A DNA stretch of 64,000 bases from the human T2T-CHM13v2.0 reference genome, Homo sapiens (GCF_009914755.1 NC_060932.1), one strand, 5' to 3'. Shown: positions 15,988-30,845, numbered from the stretch's first letter. Program-made: numbers and translations. Notes: generated by a model from the sequence alone, not told the origin.

Positions 15988-16004
15988 TGCTGCCACCTAC
16001 AGGA
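15988..16004 (-). promoter_or_regulatory. Candidate CTCF site
   Basis: Reverse complement tcctgtaggtggcagca matches the CTCF core; lies in a non-repetitive patch retaining several CpGs (15935-16030). Confidence 0.55.
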
Positions 16005-16796
16005 GAGAGTGGGTTTGCGCAAGGGCGACTGCATCCTCTGGTCCTCTGCTTTCTGTCTTATTTCCTGCCTGGAACTCATATTTTACTGCTTTTCTTTCCT
16101 ACCCTCTTCTCCATATGATTCTAAAAATCAGGATATGTATTTGTTTGAATTTCTTGATTTTGTTTTAGAATACAAAAAGAAAACCCCATATTCTGTAGGA
16201 AAAATGATTCTTTATAGTGAATCTCCAGATTCTCTAAGACTCATATAGTAAATATTAAAATAGGATGTAAATATTTAAAGCGAAGCCTGGAGAAAATAAT
16301 TTGCGAGACTCAATGTCTGAACTAGTAATGCAAACACTTCAGACTTCTATTCAGTTTTTCCCCCCTCTTATACCAGAACATGAGTCAATAATGCTTCTCA
16401 CTCTAAGTGAGTGAGCCTGGATCTGTGTTTTGGAATGGTGAAGAGAAAGCAGATTCCCTCTCTCACAGGATAGCATTTCACATTTATGAAGACGGTCATC
16501 ACAGCTCCCAGGGTTTGGCCCTTTAGCATGCTTCCTTTGCCTCACCTCATAGACGTGATTCCTACCCCTCACCCCAACTAACTGGCCACTTGCTTCTCTG
16601 GATGTGACAATTCACTGTTGTCCTCTCCACTAGCATCGTATTGTTTTTCAGCATCTGTAGCAGAAATGCATGGATCCTGCAGGATTCTGTGAACGCTGCG
16701 TTCTATTATCTCCACCCTCAGACATCAACTTGAGTAGCAAAAAGAGCACTTTACACAGTTAAAGGTCTCTAAACCCACTATTAAAAACACAGCATA

Positions 16797-17070
16797 GGCT
16801 GGGCGTGGTGGCTCATGCATGTAATCCCAGCACTTTGAGATCCTCCTGCAGGAGGATCACTGAGGCCAGGAGTTTGAGATCAGCCTGGGCAACATAGGGA
16901 GATCCCACCTCTAAAAAATAAATAAATAACCCAGGAGGCAGAGCTTGCAGTGAGCCGAGATCGCACCACTGCTCTCCAGCCAGGGTAACAGAGTGAGACT
17001 CCATCTCAAAAAAAAATAAAAAAATTAAATTAATTAATTAATTAAAAAATAAACAAATAATAAATAAAAA
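16797..17070 (+). mobile_element. FLAM/AluJ left monomer with a 5'-truncated AluY-type 3' end in its tail
   Basis: Monomer 16797-16927, then aacccaggaggcagagcttgcag (Y-type) to the tail; decayed TSD aaaaacacagcata/aaaaactcagtgta. Confidence 0.75.
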
Positions 17071-17671
17071 CTCAGTGTATATGGTCATTTGGGAGAAGTA
17101 TGGTGAGTGAGCATGATGCTATTTTATGAGTTCTCACAGTACTGTGCCTTTTTGCCCTCAGAAACTAGCAAAGACAGCACAGGTTGCTGTTTCACTCGTG
17201 AGAGTTTCTAGGACGTGTTGCTTCTGCATTTCTCTAGAGTGGTGTGAGCACAGGCTATTTTGTGGTGGAAGAAGAGAGAGTTCTCTGCTTTACAGACTAT
17301 AGTACATGTGAAATTGTGAAGGAGGCTGTGTCTGGCTTTGGATTTGAGTCTCTCATCTTGGCACCAAGTCCCTCTTATTTTGGAAAACCTCATCTCCACT
17401 ATTAACTTCAAGGTACCTGTGCTGGGTGGAGGGTGGGATCTGCTATTATCTATGTTGGTGTAGACTTAATTTGCAGGCTAACGACTATGCTTTACCACCC
17501 TGAGCAGTATTTGTGCTTTGACTCTTCTCTGTAATTTGAAAAGGATTTTGTTTCTATTAAGGGAACTTCTATAATCTACAATCATGTGGAAGAATGGCTT
17601 GGGGGCAGTGGATCTTGTTGATATCCCTAAAAGTTCTTCCAGAAAGGCTATTTTAAAAGAGCTCACATTGT

Positions 17672-17965
<294 letters not shown>

Positions 17966-18118
17966 TTACATAAACCCTGGGTTGGGACAATACTCATCAC
18001 CTCAGAGTGTTAATGGAACTATGCATTTACTCACAGTGATTAGGAGGGCTCTGCTCAGGAAACAGGTTTATTTAGGGGAACCATGAAATCAGATTAAAAT
18101 TCCCTTTTAGGGAAACTG

Positions 18119-18142
18119 ATATATATATATATATATATATAT
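18119..18142. repeat. (AT)n microsatellite
   Basis: About 12 AT units. Confidence 0.95.
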
Positions 18143-18279
18143 TTGCATACTGGTTCTCTGCTATATCTGAGTTCTGATTGTTGTGGCATTCAGGGTTAAC
18201 TCAGACCAACATTTCTGCTAGAGCTTTTAATTATGCATAATAACCATCACACTTTGTTCTTAGGTATCACTTTCATCCA

Positions 18280-18490
18280 AAGCTCAAAGTGCTCTTCAAG
18301 CATTATTAGCTCATTAATCCTTGCAACACTCCTGGGAGGTGGATTGGAGGCAAGATGATTAACCCATTTACCAGACAGGGACATAGAGGCACAGAGGATT
18401 TCAGCAACTTCCTTAGGGTTGTATGAGTCAGAGTTGGGTAGAGAACAGAGCCTACTCATATCCACCCCCAGTCTGCTTCTCTGAACCTTC
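18280..18490 (-). mobile_element. MIR
   Basis: ctcattaatccttgcaacac ... cccatttaccagacagggacatagaggcacagagg core-like match. Confidence 0.6.
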
Positions 18491-19109
18491 CTTCCTCCTA
18501 GGAGCAAAACCTAGTAACATTTGGGTCTTGGGAATTGTCTCTACCTGTTTTCTGCATATCATGTGCTTCAATATACTGAACAGTTTGCCAAAAATGAAGC
18601 AAAAAAAAGTTTTTTTATTGAAATGTAAAGCCTATGCTCTTTAAGGGGAAAGAGATTTGTATATTGATCACTAAAACAAAATAGGGTAATCACTTAGAGC
18701 CTTCCTAGTCCTCAGCATCTTTTAATATAGACCCTTAAACTTCTCTTACATAGAATCAGGAAATTCCATTTGGCCAAGCAGAAATGAAACTTGAACTTCA
18801 TAAGGGTTAGGATTCAGTTCATAACTGAGAAGAGCTAACATCTGTCTTTTAAGTTTGACAAACAATGTTTTCTCCTTGGTTTCACTTGAATGCAGGCTAG
18901 TTTCACATGGACGTCATTGTCGTTTTAGTGGAGTCAGAGGAGGAGAGGGGCAGTGGTGTGATCTGGTGGGCATCCAAAAGGAGAGTTAATGTTTGCGGAG
19001 CCACTGAAGGCCTGGGATGGGGTCAAAGGGCTCTGGAGAGCGGCTGGAGAGGTAGAGTAGCAAATTCAATGGGAAGCCAGGACTCTTCTTGGACCTTTGT
19101 CTTTTTTTT

Positions 19110-19730
19110 AATGATTCATTTATTTATTTAACAAATATTTTTCGAGTATTTATTATATGACAGTCATTGGCTGGATTTAAGTAATTGTAAGGTGAATAAG
19201 ATGTAATACTCATCTTGCAGGAGTATAAACAAGTGAACAAATATTATATACAGTCATGAGTGATTGTGGAGATATTTACAAAGTGTAGTCAGGGTGAATT
19301 TGCTTGAATGGCTGAGAGAAATCTTTCTAAAAGTATCTCTGAAAGACTACATAGAGGGAGGGAGGGTCCAAAGAATGAGAGAGTTTGGCGAGCAGGTCTC
19401 TGGGACTAAACTTTTGAGGGTTATCTGTTGAAAGTTTATTGTGATTGACATCATCATTTACAGCAGCAGCAAGTATTTATTGAACTTCTAATGTGGGCAA
19501 ACTAATATTCAGGCTACTGGGGATATAAACACACATCAGAAATGATTCCAATCCTCAGGCAAATTGTAATCTGTTTAGAAATACAGAATATACTTAAAAA
19601 TACAAGTAGCAATATAATCGGATATATAGTTACAGCTACTTCGGAACACAGACAATAAGCACAATAGAAATCCAAAGAAAAGAGGGTGATAAATTAGAAT
19701 GCTAGAATTAGGGACATTTATGAAACATGG
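19110..19730 (-). mobile_element. L2 3'-end fragments (two)
   Basis: attcatttatttatttaacaaatatttttcgagt and caagtatttattgaacttctaatgtgggca. Confidence 0.5.
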
Positions 19731-20254
19731 GAAACACCATCTTCCACCTCCCTTTTCACTCTCCAAAGGTGTTAATGCCATTGAATTCCACTGCATGTGT
19801 GTGGATGACTGATGATTAATCTATTTTATCCATGACCAAAGGCTCCTTTCAAGGTATTTTCTTAGGGTAACAGAATTTAACTAAAAAGATGAACTTAATA
19901 TTTTTATTAGGCAGGACAACTTGCATGATTAGGACAATGGGTACCAATGACAATGATCATGACATTCAATGCATTATGAGGCATTGACCCTTTGAGCTGT
20001 TAATCACTATTTTATTAATCAGTATTTTATAGCAGACAAAAATAATACAAATAAAGCTAGTGAGTGGTCTAAATTAGTGAATAAGTCCCAGCACTAGAAA
20101 TTACATTAGAACTTCGAATAATGCCCAGACATTTTTTGGATACTCTTTGAAGCTTCTTTGTCTTCCCCACAAAAGCTTTGAAGGAACATAACTTTCAAGT
20201 CACAATTTGCCTTGAACACGACTTTCAAGACTTTTAAAAATTGTTCTTCCCTTC

Positions 20255-22335
20255 TTTTTTCAAAAACAGCTTAATTGAGATATAATTCACATAATCAATT
20301 CACCCATTTAAGTATATAATCAATGGCTTTTAGTATATTCACAGATTTGTGTAATCATTCACCACAATCAACTTTAGAACATTTTCGTCACCCCAAGAGG
20401 AAACTTCATAGTCCTTAGCCATCGTTCCCAATCCACTAGGTGCTGTTCCCACCTAGCACCCTCTCCCACAACCCTAGGGAACCACAATTCTATTTTCTAT
20501 CTCTGTGGATTTGCCTATTTTGGACATTTAATATGGATAGATGGTCCTTTTGACTGGCTTCCTTTACTTAACATAATATTTTGAAGGTTGATCCATGGTG
20601 TAGCATGTATCAGTACTTCATTTTTTTTGGTATTGTTGAATAATACTCTATTGTATGGATATAATACATTCTATTTATCCATTTATCAGTTGACAGACAC
20701 ATTGGTTGTTTTCATTTTTTACTATTATGAATAATCCTGATATGGACACTTGTGTTCACATATTTTTATGTACAAATGTTTCATCGTTCTTGGTATTTAC
20801 CTAAGAAGTGGAATTGCTGGATCATATAGTAACATGACCATACGTTTAAATATACATTTAAACATTTGAAGAACTGCAAGACTTTTTCTAAAGTGACTTC
20901 ACTATTTTATATTCTCACCAGTAGAATATGAGGATTTTAATTTATCCACATCTTCGCCAATACTTTTTGATTCTAGCCATCCTTGTGGATGTAAAGTGGT
21001 ATCTCATTGTCATTTTAGTTTGCATTTCTTTGATGGTTAATGATGTTGAGCATCTTTTTATGTGCTTATTGTGTTTGTATATCTTCTCTGTATAGATGTT
21101 TGTATGTCTTACATGTGTTTGTATATCTTCTCTGGAAAAATGTCTATTCAGATTCCTTGCTCATTTAAAAAAATTTAGTTTGTCTTATTATTGTTGAGTT
21201 TTAATAGTTCTTTATATGTATTCATGATACAAATTCTTTATCAGATACCTATTTGCAAAATTTTTATCCCATTCTGTGGGTTGTCTTTTCACTTTCTGTG
21301 TGGTGCTTTTGAAATGTAAAAGTTTTTAACTTTGATGATGTCTGGTTTATTTATTTATTTATTTGCTTTTGGTGTCATTTTAAGAAACCATTGGCTAATC
21401 CAAGGCACAAATATTTACCCTTAGGTTTATCTACAAGTTTTATATGTTTTTAAGCTCTACATTTATATTTTTATTACATTTTGAGTTAACGTTTTAAATA
21501 TGGTGTGAGTAGGAGTCCAAGTTTTTTTTTTTTTCATGTAGATATTCAGTTGTTCCAGCACCACTTATTGAAAGACTATTCTTTTATCATTTAGTCTTGA
21601 GGTCCTTGTGAAAAATCAAGTATCATAAATGTGAGGGCTTATTTCAAGACTCTCGATATATTTCGTTGATCAATATGTACCACAGTACCACACTGTTTTG
21701 ATTAATGTAGCTTTGTAATAAGTTTTGAAATTGGGAAATGTGAGTTTTCCAACTTGGTTTTTTCTTTTCAAGACAGTTTTGACTATTCTGAGTCCCTTGA
21801 ATTTTCATATAAATTTTGGGATCAGCTTGTCAAATTTCTTTAAAGAAGCCAGATGGGATTTTTGAGCTGGAGATTGCGTTAAATCTGTAGATCAGCTGAA
21901 GGAGTGTTGCTATCTTAACAATAGTCTTTGTCTTCCAATTCATGAATATGGGATGTCTTTTCATTTATTTAGTTCTTTCATAATTTATGTCAACAATGTT
22001 TTATAGTTTTTCACGGTATAAGTTTTACCCATATTTTGTTAATTTTATTTCTAAGTATTTTATTATTGTTTATGCAATTGTAAAAAAAATTGTTTTCTTA
22101 ATTTAATTTTGGTTGGTTCATTGCTACTGTATAGAAATACAATTGATTTTTGTATATTTATCTTGCATCCTGCAACCTTGTTGAACTAATTAGTTCTAAT
22201 AGTTCTAAAAATGGCTTTCTTAGGGATTTCTATGTACCAGATCATATCATCTGTGAATAGAGATGGTTTGACTTCCTCATTTTCAATCTGGCTGCCTATT
22301 ATTTTGTGTTTTTGCCTAGTTGCCCTGGCTGAAAA
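20255..22335 (-). mobile_element. L1MB (MB7/8-like) 3' ~2.1-kb fragment
   Basis: cagcttaattgagatataattcacata 3' end; decayed ORF2 antisense motifs (aagtggaattgctggatcatat, ccagcaccacttattgaaagact, atcatatcatctgtgaatagagat). Confidence 0.85.
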
Positions 22336-22479
22336 TTATAACTTCTTGAGAGGGTACTATAGACCATAGTAAAAAGCTCCATGACCCTCACAAGTTCTTC
22401 ACTCCTAACTGCTATCATGGGGCTGAGGTATCATGCTGGGATCTACTGCCAGGCCATAAGGGGCAAAACTTATGAATAT

Positions 22480-22600
22480 AGGAAAAAGGAAAAGAGACAG
22501 GGAAAAGAAAGAGAAGTGAGAGGAAAGAGAAAGAGGAAATAGAAGAGGAAAGAGCAGTTGGAGGAAGAGGAGAAGGAAAAGGATAGAGAAAACAAAAAGG
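22480..22600. repeat. GA-rich low-complexity polypurine tract
   Basis: ~120 bp almost entirely A/G on the + strand. Confidence 0.85.
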
Positions 22601-24385
22601 CAGCTCTCAGGCTGAAGGCAACCTCCCTGAGCTCTATGAAGGCAGTAGTGACAGGAGTGAAGCTGTTAGTTTTTATGGGTGATCTTCTTGCCACCGGGAA
22701 AGGTAGGCAATGATAGTAGATCATAGTGAAGGCTTTCATTTCATTTATGGAAGGTAGAAGAATATCAAATTTTTTTTATGTAAGGCGGACAGCTTTAAAG
22801 AAAATAGCACCAGGTTGGCAAATGATGTAACACAAGGTCCCATGTAGAAAGCAGCAATACTTTTCTTTGCTAGTGGACCTGAAATGACTTTGAGCCAGGA
22901 CTGGGAGGGTGAAGCACTGTTTGAGTTGCTGCTCTTCCTTGGCCACTGGTGAAGATCTAGGTGTAAATGAGGGATAGCAGTGAAAAGGCAACCAACCATT
23001 TAAATCTAAATGGCCCTACTCCAAATGCTGCTGTTTGCCAAGGACCAAAAGTAGGCATGAAGATTATTGATTTATGATTAACTTGTTCAGTCTCTGGGTG
23101 AGGGTGCATATTTTAAACTGGATAAACTGAGAGTAGTTTGATCTAGAAAAAGATGAGCATCTGAAAGAAGGATGAATCTTCAGAGGTTTTGGGGTTATAA
23201 GTAAATATCTTTGGGGTCCATGACTTTTTGAAGAAAATTAATCAGAAAAAGTGCATATCAGAATGCAGACAGCACATAGCTATGAACTGTGACACTTCTG
23301 GAATAACAAAAGGAAAACAGGACCTTAAGGAAATGGGCTGGTTTAGAATTATGAATCATTGAGCCCATTTCTTTCAGTGATTAATGACGAATCACTGTTT
23401 TAACTTTGGATGAAATAATAGGCTGCATCTGAGGAGCTTCATTAATCATCATAAGAATTAGGCTTGTGCCAATTCATTACTGCAGGGTCGACATGTGCTG
23501 AACACTTGAGCTGAATTTCAGGAAGGGGTGAACTTTAGGCAAGGGCTTGCTTAAAAGAATGCAAACATTAGGGGTCTATTCTTGCCTGGATGGGTGGGGA
23601 TTTATGAGTAAAGAATAGATTCTAATGTATCATCCCTCATCTGGAAGCTTAACAAAACACTAACTACAAAGTCTTTGGCTTTTTGGTATTCAGGGTCATG
23701 ATACAATAGATAACCAACATGTATCATAAAATCTGATACTTTTATCTGTTGTTCACTTTGCATGTTTCCTGTATTCAGAAAGTGATTAACAATCTACTGG
23801 ACATTTGGATTTCAGCAGGCATGAAAATAAGCAAATTTAGCTCATTGTTCTTCTTTGAAGAGCAAAATCATCCTTGCAAAATCCTAGAATAAAAAAGCTT
23901 TCCTTAAAAGCTTCTTACTATAGAGAATGAAAACCTGAGCTACAGACAGCAAAAGAAGAAACCTGGTTCATACAAACAAGAAATCAGGCTAGATTCATCA
24001 TTTGGTCAACTTCAAAGACCTTGAGCTGAAATGAGGGTTAAAAAGTTGTTCCAACAGATTTAAATTGATGTGCTGCAGAGATATATAGGTAGCGTGTATG
24101 TCTCTCTTGCAGTAGCCAGAAGTGATGGGAAATCCAGGGTAATTTCTTGTAGTCCTTAACTCCAACAGATGTGATTTTGATAAAGTAGGAGAAAAATTCA
24201 CCCAAGTTATGAAAGATGTATATTGTTATATCTTAATGCTTGATTAGTTTTAGTAATCTTTAAGAATCATGAACCCATTCACATCATTTGAAAAGTTGGC
24301 TTATTTTTTATAATACATTTTTTTCCCAAATCAAAAGCATATGGGTTTTTTGAAGGAAAAATCAAGGATTGGATCAAAATGTTAA

Positions 24386-24854
<469 letters not shown>

Positions 24855-27002
24855 TAATTTAAAAGACTAACTATATTTGAGATATTTTTAAATATAGACT
24901 TTCTTAAAGTAGTGTTCATCAGTATTTATAGGAGAAAAAGAGTGAATTGAATTTGAAAAACAAACTTGAATCACTTAGAAGTACATATAAAACTATTGGT
25001 TATAGCTTACACACATACACATACATGCACACACACACAATTTCACATAAAGCTTCTATTATTGGGATTTAATAGCTTTCTAACTGATTTCTCTGACCCC
25101 AGGTTCTTTCTTATCTAGTCCATTTTTTCAACCTATCAGAGAGAACTTCTTTAAGCATAAAACTCGTCTCACTCTGCCTACTTAAAACCCCGGTGAGGTA
25201 AGCATTAATGATTCTCAGCTCTTAGGTCTCAGGTTCCTCAGGCTGTGGGAGTGGAGAATGGGGCCAAGGGCAGTGCATGGCCAGGGACATGGGGCCTTCC
25301 ACACGCCAGGTACTCTCTGTGCCCTGAATAAGGCCTCACAAATACTTGTAGAGACTGTCATTTGTAAATAAGTAAATTAATTTCAAGGCATGTATCATTG
25401 TATTCTCTTTTCATACATATTTTCTTAATTATAGGACATTAAAAGTGCAATCATGTTAGGGTAGGAGGTCTCTGAACATTTTTTTTTTTTACTTTAAAAA
25501 GGGATCCTCCTACTCCCCAAACTTAGGAATCAGCAGCTATAGGATAAAGGACAAACTTGTCATGGACTGCAACCCGTCACAGCCCAAATTGGACCCGTTG
25601 AACACAACCGCTCCAGTTTTAGGTGTTCTCCCGCTCATGCCCGCCCTGCGTCTGTCTGCCTCCAGGGATCCCTTGGAAGCCAGAAGCCGGTTGTAGTTCT
25701 GTCTTCCTTTGCTGTGCCATCAGCACTTGTGTGTTCCTGTGTACTACAGCATGTTTCCTATCATGCTATAGTTATTTGCCTGACTACCCTACTAGACTGT
25801 GAGCAGATTCCGCCACGTCTTCCTCCTCGACTTCCTCCCTTTGCTCCTTCCCTGGAAGAGGTGGAGGAGCCCTTTGTAGGCTCTCAGTTCAGGTTTGTTT
25901 AATTGAACTGTATTTTAAAGCATGAAGCCAGTGCCAGAATATCAAAGTGGTAGGAGAAGGCCATACATGGAATTCTCTAAAAAACAAACAGGAAACAAAA
26001 CAACACACAAGCACACACCAACTACAGGTGGATGGCTCGCTGTTGATTTTATCAGCCAAATAAAAGATTTCCAACAACGTTGAAGAGATGGAGCACAGGA
26101 ATGAAAACTCGATATTTAAAGAAACGTAGAATGAAAGCTAAGGCGCATTTTGGAAGCTGGGACGGAAAAACAATCCTGGAACAGGCTTTCATACACAAGC
26201 TGGACGGTGGGGCAGCAAACAATAAGGTGTAGGAGGATTAGAGAGAGGAAAATGAGCACGGAGTCCGGGCCTGCCCAGTACGCCACAGGAGGAGTTGCTG
26301 GCACCTCCGCGCAGGCGGTGGAGGGTGCTGTGCCTTTGAGCCTTTGGCAAGTTGACAAACAGCCCAGGTGCAGGTGGCTTGGACCAGCTACATGGAAACC
26401 CACGGAGATGCCTGGATTTTGTTCCCCTGCATTCAGAAGAATGACACAACTATGGAAATTTTACTGGGTAAACTCCCAGGTACTGTGAAGCTTCTAGATA
26501 AGAGTCAGCCCAACTTTGCCTGGAGGCTCTTACCAATATATTGAGACCAAAAGATGGGGCTTACCATCTCTGGAGGCGGGCAAGCAGAGGGCCAGGTGCT
26601 CAGTGCTGGGTGGAATGAATGAATGAACCAGGAAAGGGTGAACATACAGTTATGAGGTTCCATGTGACAACTTGCCTGCTGGGAGTGCTCAGGCCATGAC
26701 AGTTCCAAATTCCATAAAAGGTGGTTTTGGAGGGCTGTGTGGAAGCAGGTGAACTGCCATTCTCCTCTCTCCCATAAATGATCCTGATGGATTTTAGACA
26801 CTTCCATTCATTTTATGTCCTCATTACTCTGACTGAGAAAGCAGACTTGACACAAACCAGGACAATTTGAAACTATAAGGATTGGTTTGCGAATTAGAGA
26901 GAGTGAGACGTGTTCTATCTAAAGGCTGGACAAGAACTCATGTCTGAAATCTTCCTTCTCACTGCCAAATCGAACTGAATAATGTTCTTAGTCTAGGAGA
27001 CC

Positions 27003-27360
27003 CTTTTAGTTGGTTTGGACTGCTGTAACAAAATACCTTACACTGGAAAATTATAAACAACAGAAATTTACTGCTCACAGTTCCAGAGGCTGGCAAGTCC
27101 AAGATCAAGGTATCAGCAAATTCATTGTCTGATGAGGTCCTGTTCCTTATAGATGGCATCTTCTAGCTGTATCTTCACATTGGTGGAAATGGAGAACAAG
27201 CTCCCTTAAGCCTCTTTTAGAAGGCACTAATGCCCTTCATGAGGGTGGAGCCCCCATGACCTAATCACTGCCCCCAAAATGCCTACTTCTTAATACCATC
27301 ACCTTGGGTGTTAGGTTTCAGCATAAGAATTTTGGGAGGACAAACATTCAGACCATAGCA
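27003..27360 (-). mobile_element. MLT1A0-like solo LTR
   Basis: ctgctgtaacaaaatacc ... aagtccaagatcaagg ... acaaacattcagaccatagca. Confidence 0.85.
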
Positions 27361-27700
27361 AGGACTAACCTGGAGATGGCAGCTGGTTCTCCGTGAAGAT
27401 GAGCATCGCTGCTTCATCTGTGTCTCCCCATTGCGTTACTAAGCACAGCACCTTTGTTTGCTGAATTGAACTAAAATGTCACCTGAGCTGCTTTAAAAAT
27501 ATTTCCCTCATTCCTTGCAGTTTTCAGAATTCAAATTATTGGATTTTCCTTTGGATTTGGTGAAATTGTGAACCAACATATTTTTATGTTCTCTGGTTAT
27601 TTATCAGCTGAAAGTTAATTCATTCAACAAATATTTATTGAGTGTTTACATCAGGCACTATTCTAGACGCTTCGGATTCATCAGAGAAAACCATAAAAAT

Positions 27701-27963
27701 AGCCAGGCACAGTGGCTCACGCCTGTAATCCCAGCACTTTGGGAGGTCGAGGTGGGCAGGTCATTTGAGGCCAGTAGTTCGAGACCAGCCTGGCCAACAT
27801 GGTGAAACCCCATCTCTACTAAAAATACAAAAAAATTTAGCCAGGCGTGGTGGTGCATGCCTGTAGTCCCTGCAGTGGGCCAAGATCATGCCACTGCACT
27901 GCAGCCTGGGTGACAGAGCAAGACTCCGTCTCAAAAAAAAAAAAAAAAACCATAAAAAAAAAA
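27701..27963 (+). mobile_element. AluS with ~60-bp right-arm deletion, inserted in an L2 end
   Basis: Junction gcctgtagtccc|tgcagtgggccaagatc; flanking aaaaccataaaaa repeat; L2 end ttcattcaacaaatatttattgagtg just upstream. Confidence 0.85.
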
Positions 27964-29058
27964 TCTCTGCCCTCATGGGTCCTATATTTAGTGCAACAAA
28001 AATCTGCAATATTAGTTGCAAATATATGGTAACAGCTAGGTTTCCCTTGTACAATGAAATGAGTGATGTTTAATAGGCACTTTTCTATGCCATTCATTAT
28101 TGTTGACAACTAGTCGATTTTGCAATTCTGGTATCCAAAAGCTCTAAATGGCTCCATAGATCTCTGTTTTAATCTATTCCAATCTCTGTTTCACTCTTTT
28201 TCTATATGTATATACACCCTGAGATAATATGTGCATCCTTAACTACACTTGGAAGGAAGGATGAAAGAGACATATATTATTATGTAATACTTCCATGGGT
28301 AAGCCTAAGTCAGTCTGTTAGGGCTTCCAAGAGATCTCTTAAGACCCAACCACGCTAAATATGAATACTAATCCAAGGGTTGGTATTTCATCCTGACTTT
28401 ATTGTTTCTTCCAGTTACAAACTTCTCACTCAAAGTTTCACTCATATTTATATCCCCCTCTATCTGTGATTACAAAGCTTAGCCCTAAGTCTGGTTTTAA
28501 CATTTCAGAAGGATCTCTTTTCTTTACTGAGACAGACAGCCCCACTGAGTCAGGGGCCTGAGGGTATTCTCAGTTCAGCCCTCATGTTTAAGATTGTGCT
28601 CTGTTGGTTCTAAGTCACATTGCCTTAAGCAGGACAACAGCTTTCCCTGCAAGCAACAGAGAGCATTTTACTTGGCCAGATGCCAGATGGAGGGAAAGGG
28701 GTGAGGAGGGATTTTTCCCATCCCCGTTGGGATTCACATATATAATTTTCTACTTGGAGTTTCTCACACTTGACTAAATGCTGGCTGAGGAGCTGGTGTG
28801 ATCGGGGAGAGGGATTTGAGGGGTTCCATTTGGAGGGGCTTGTAGAGGCTGCTATGCATTCTGGCTGGGGTTGGGGTCATACTCGTATCCACATTCTGCT
28901 TCTTCCAGTTACTTCTGTGTGCACTTCCTTTTTTTTTCATTTGCAATGTAAGGAAAATATTACTCTTAAACAGTTGTTCCAAAGTCTAAATGAAGTAATT
29001 TCCATCAAAGGCCCTGGCACCTGTGAACTGTTGGAGCAGATGGTGTTGAGGTCCCACT

Positions 29059-29310
29059 TAGGGTCACCAAATTTAGCACCTAAAAATCCAGCACACCCGG
29101 TTAAATCAGAATTTCAGATGAAGGACAAATGCTTTTTAGCTATAATACAATACATAAATATAACCAAATATATTACACAATAGAATATATAATAACATAA
29201 ATATTTATAAATTTAAATACTTCAGTATAAATATTGCTTTGGGCATATTTATACTAAAAAATTATTTGTTGGTCATCTGAAGTTCAAATTCAGTTCAAAT
29301 GGCAACTGTA
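29059..29310. mobile_element. MER53-like MITE with central AT-rich expansion
   Basis: tagggtcaccaaatttagca ... ctgaagttcaaatt ... ggcaactgta. Confidence 0.7.
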
Positions 29311-29312
29311 GC

Positions 29313-29734
29313 TGCTATGGTTTGCATGTGCCCTCCAAAACTCAGGTAGAAACTTAATCCCCAAAGGGTCAGTGTTGAGAGGTGGGGCTCTGAAGAGGCG
29401 ATTGGATCATGAGGGCTCTGCCTTCATGAATGAATGAATCTATTCATGGATTAATGGATTACGGGTTAAGGGATTAATGGTTTATCATGGGAGAGGAACT
29501 GGTGGTTTTATAAGAAGAGGAGGAGAGGCCTGAGATAGTACGTTAGCACTCTCAGCTCCCTCACTGTGAGATGCCCTGCACTGCCCCAGGACTCCACAGA
29601 CAATCCCCACCAGCAAGAAGATGCGCCCCATCAACCTTGGACTTCCTAGGCTCCAGGACTGTAAGAAATAAATTTCATTTCTTATAAATTACCCAGTGCC
29701 AGGTAGTTTATGAAACAGAAAACAGACTAAGACA
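29313..29734 (+). mobile_element. MSTB-like MaLR solo LTR
   Basis: tgctatggtttgcatgtgccctccaaaactca ... cttataaattacccagt ... aacagactaagaca. Confidence 0.85.
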
Positions 29735-29759
29735 TTAGCCTCACTTCATCCCCTCCTCT

Positions 29760-30150
29760 GGGCCTGTGCGCTGACTCCCAGCTGCCCTGAGCGTTGGCTG
29801 CTAATGGTGCACGGTTGCCCCCTTCTATTGAGGCCTTGGCTGAATCGGAGCTGTCTCACTTGGGAAATTAATCCCCCTCCCACCACCAGTGGGGTCGGCC
29901 TGTAACCCTGACTGCCTGGCAGGTGCAGAAAACATTGGCTGCCTTTTCTCAAGTAGGGGTAAATTCTGTGTGCTGTTAGGGAGCTGCCCTGACAACCCAG
30001 GCTGTAGCTAGACTCCAGACAAGACCACATCCTGCCAGAATTCTTCCCTTGCTCTCTCCCTTCCCTCTCTTCCTTTTTGAGACGGCTTCCTCAATTATTC
30101 CATGGAATCCTCATCTCCAGTTTTGTCTTAGATTGAAACCTAGTCTAAGG
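29760..30150. mobile_element. Possible ancient ERVL LTR (LTR16-like)
   Basis: GC-richer block with ggctgctaatgg...ggagctgccct motifs; family uncertain. Confidence 0.4.
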
Positions 30151-30237
30151 CAGCAATCCATGAATGTGGATTTTCCCCCTTTCCTATGATTAAGACATTG
30201 TGAAGATCTTTTAAAAAGTGGGATTTAAAAAAAAAAG

Positions 30238-30845
30238 TTTTTTAATTTAATTGTGGTAAAAACTATGCAACATAAAATGTACCATCTTAACCACTTCTGA
30301 ATGTACAGATCAGTAGTAAGTATATTCACACTGTTGTGCAACCAAAGTCTAGTGTAGAACTTTTTCACCTTGCAAAACTGACACTCTGTACCCACTAAAC
30401 TACAGATCTCCATTTCCTGCCTCCCCTACCCCCTGGCAACCACCACTCTACCTTCTGTCTCGAGAAATTTGACTACTTGAATTATCTCACATAACTAGAA
30501 TCATACAGTATTAGTCTTTTCGTGACTGGCTTATTTCACTTACCATAATGTCCTCAATGTTCATCCATGTTGTAGTCAGAATTTCCTTCCTTTTTAAGAT
30601 GGAATAATATTACCTTGCATGTGTAGACCACATTTTGTATACCTATACATCTGGTGATGGATATTTGGGTTGTTTCTACTTCTTGGCTATTGTGGATAAT
30701 GTTGCTATGAATATGGTATGCAACTATCTCTTTAAGATCCACTTTCTCATTTTTTGTGTATATACCCAGAGATTGGATTGCTGGATCGTATGGTAACTAA
30801 ATGTTTAATTTTTTGAGGAACCTTCATACTGTTTGCAGTAGTGGA
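30238..30845 (-). mobile_element. L1MB (MB1-3-like) 3' fragment
   Basis: aattgtggtaaaaa...cataaaatgtaccatcttaacca; tatacccagagattggattgctggatcgtatggt. Confidence 0.85.
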
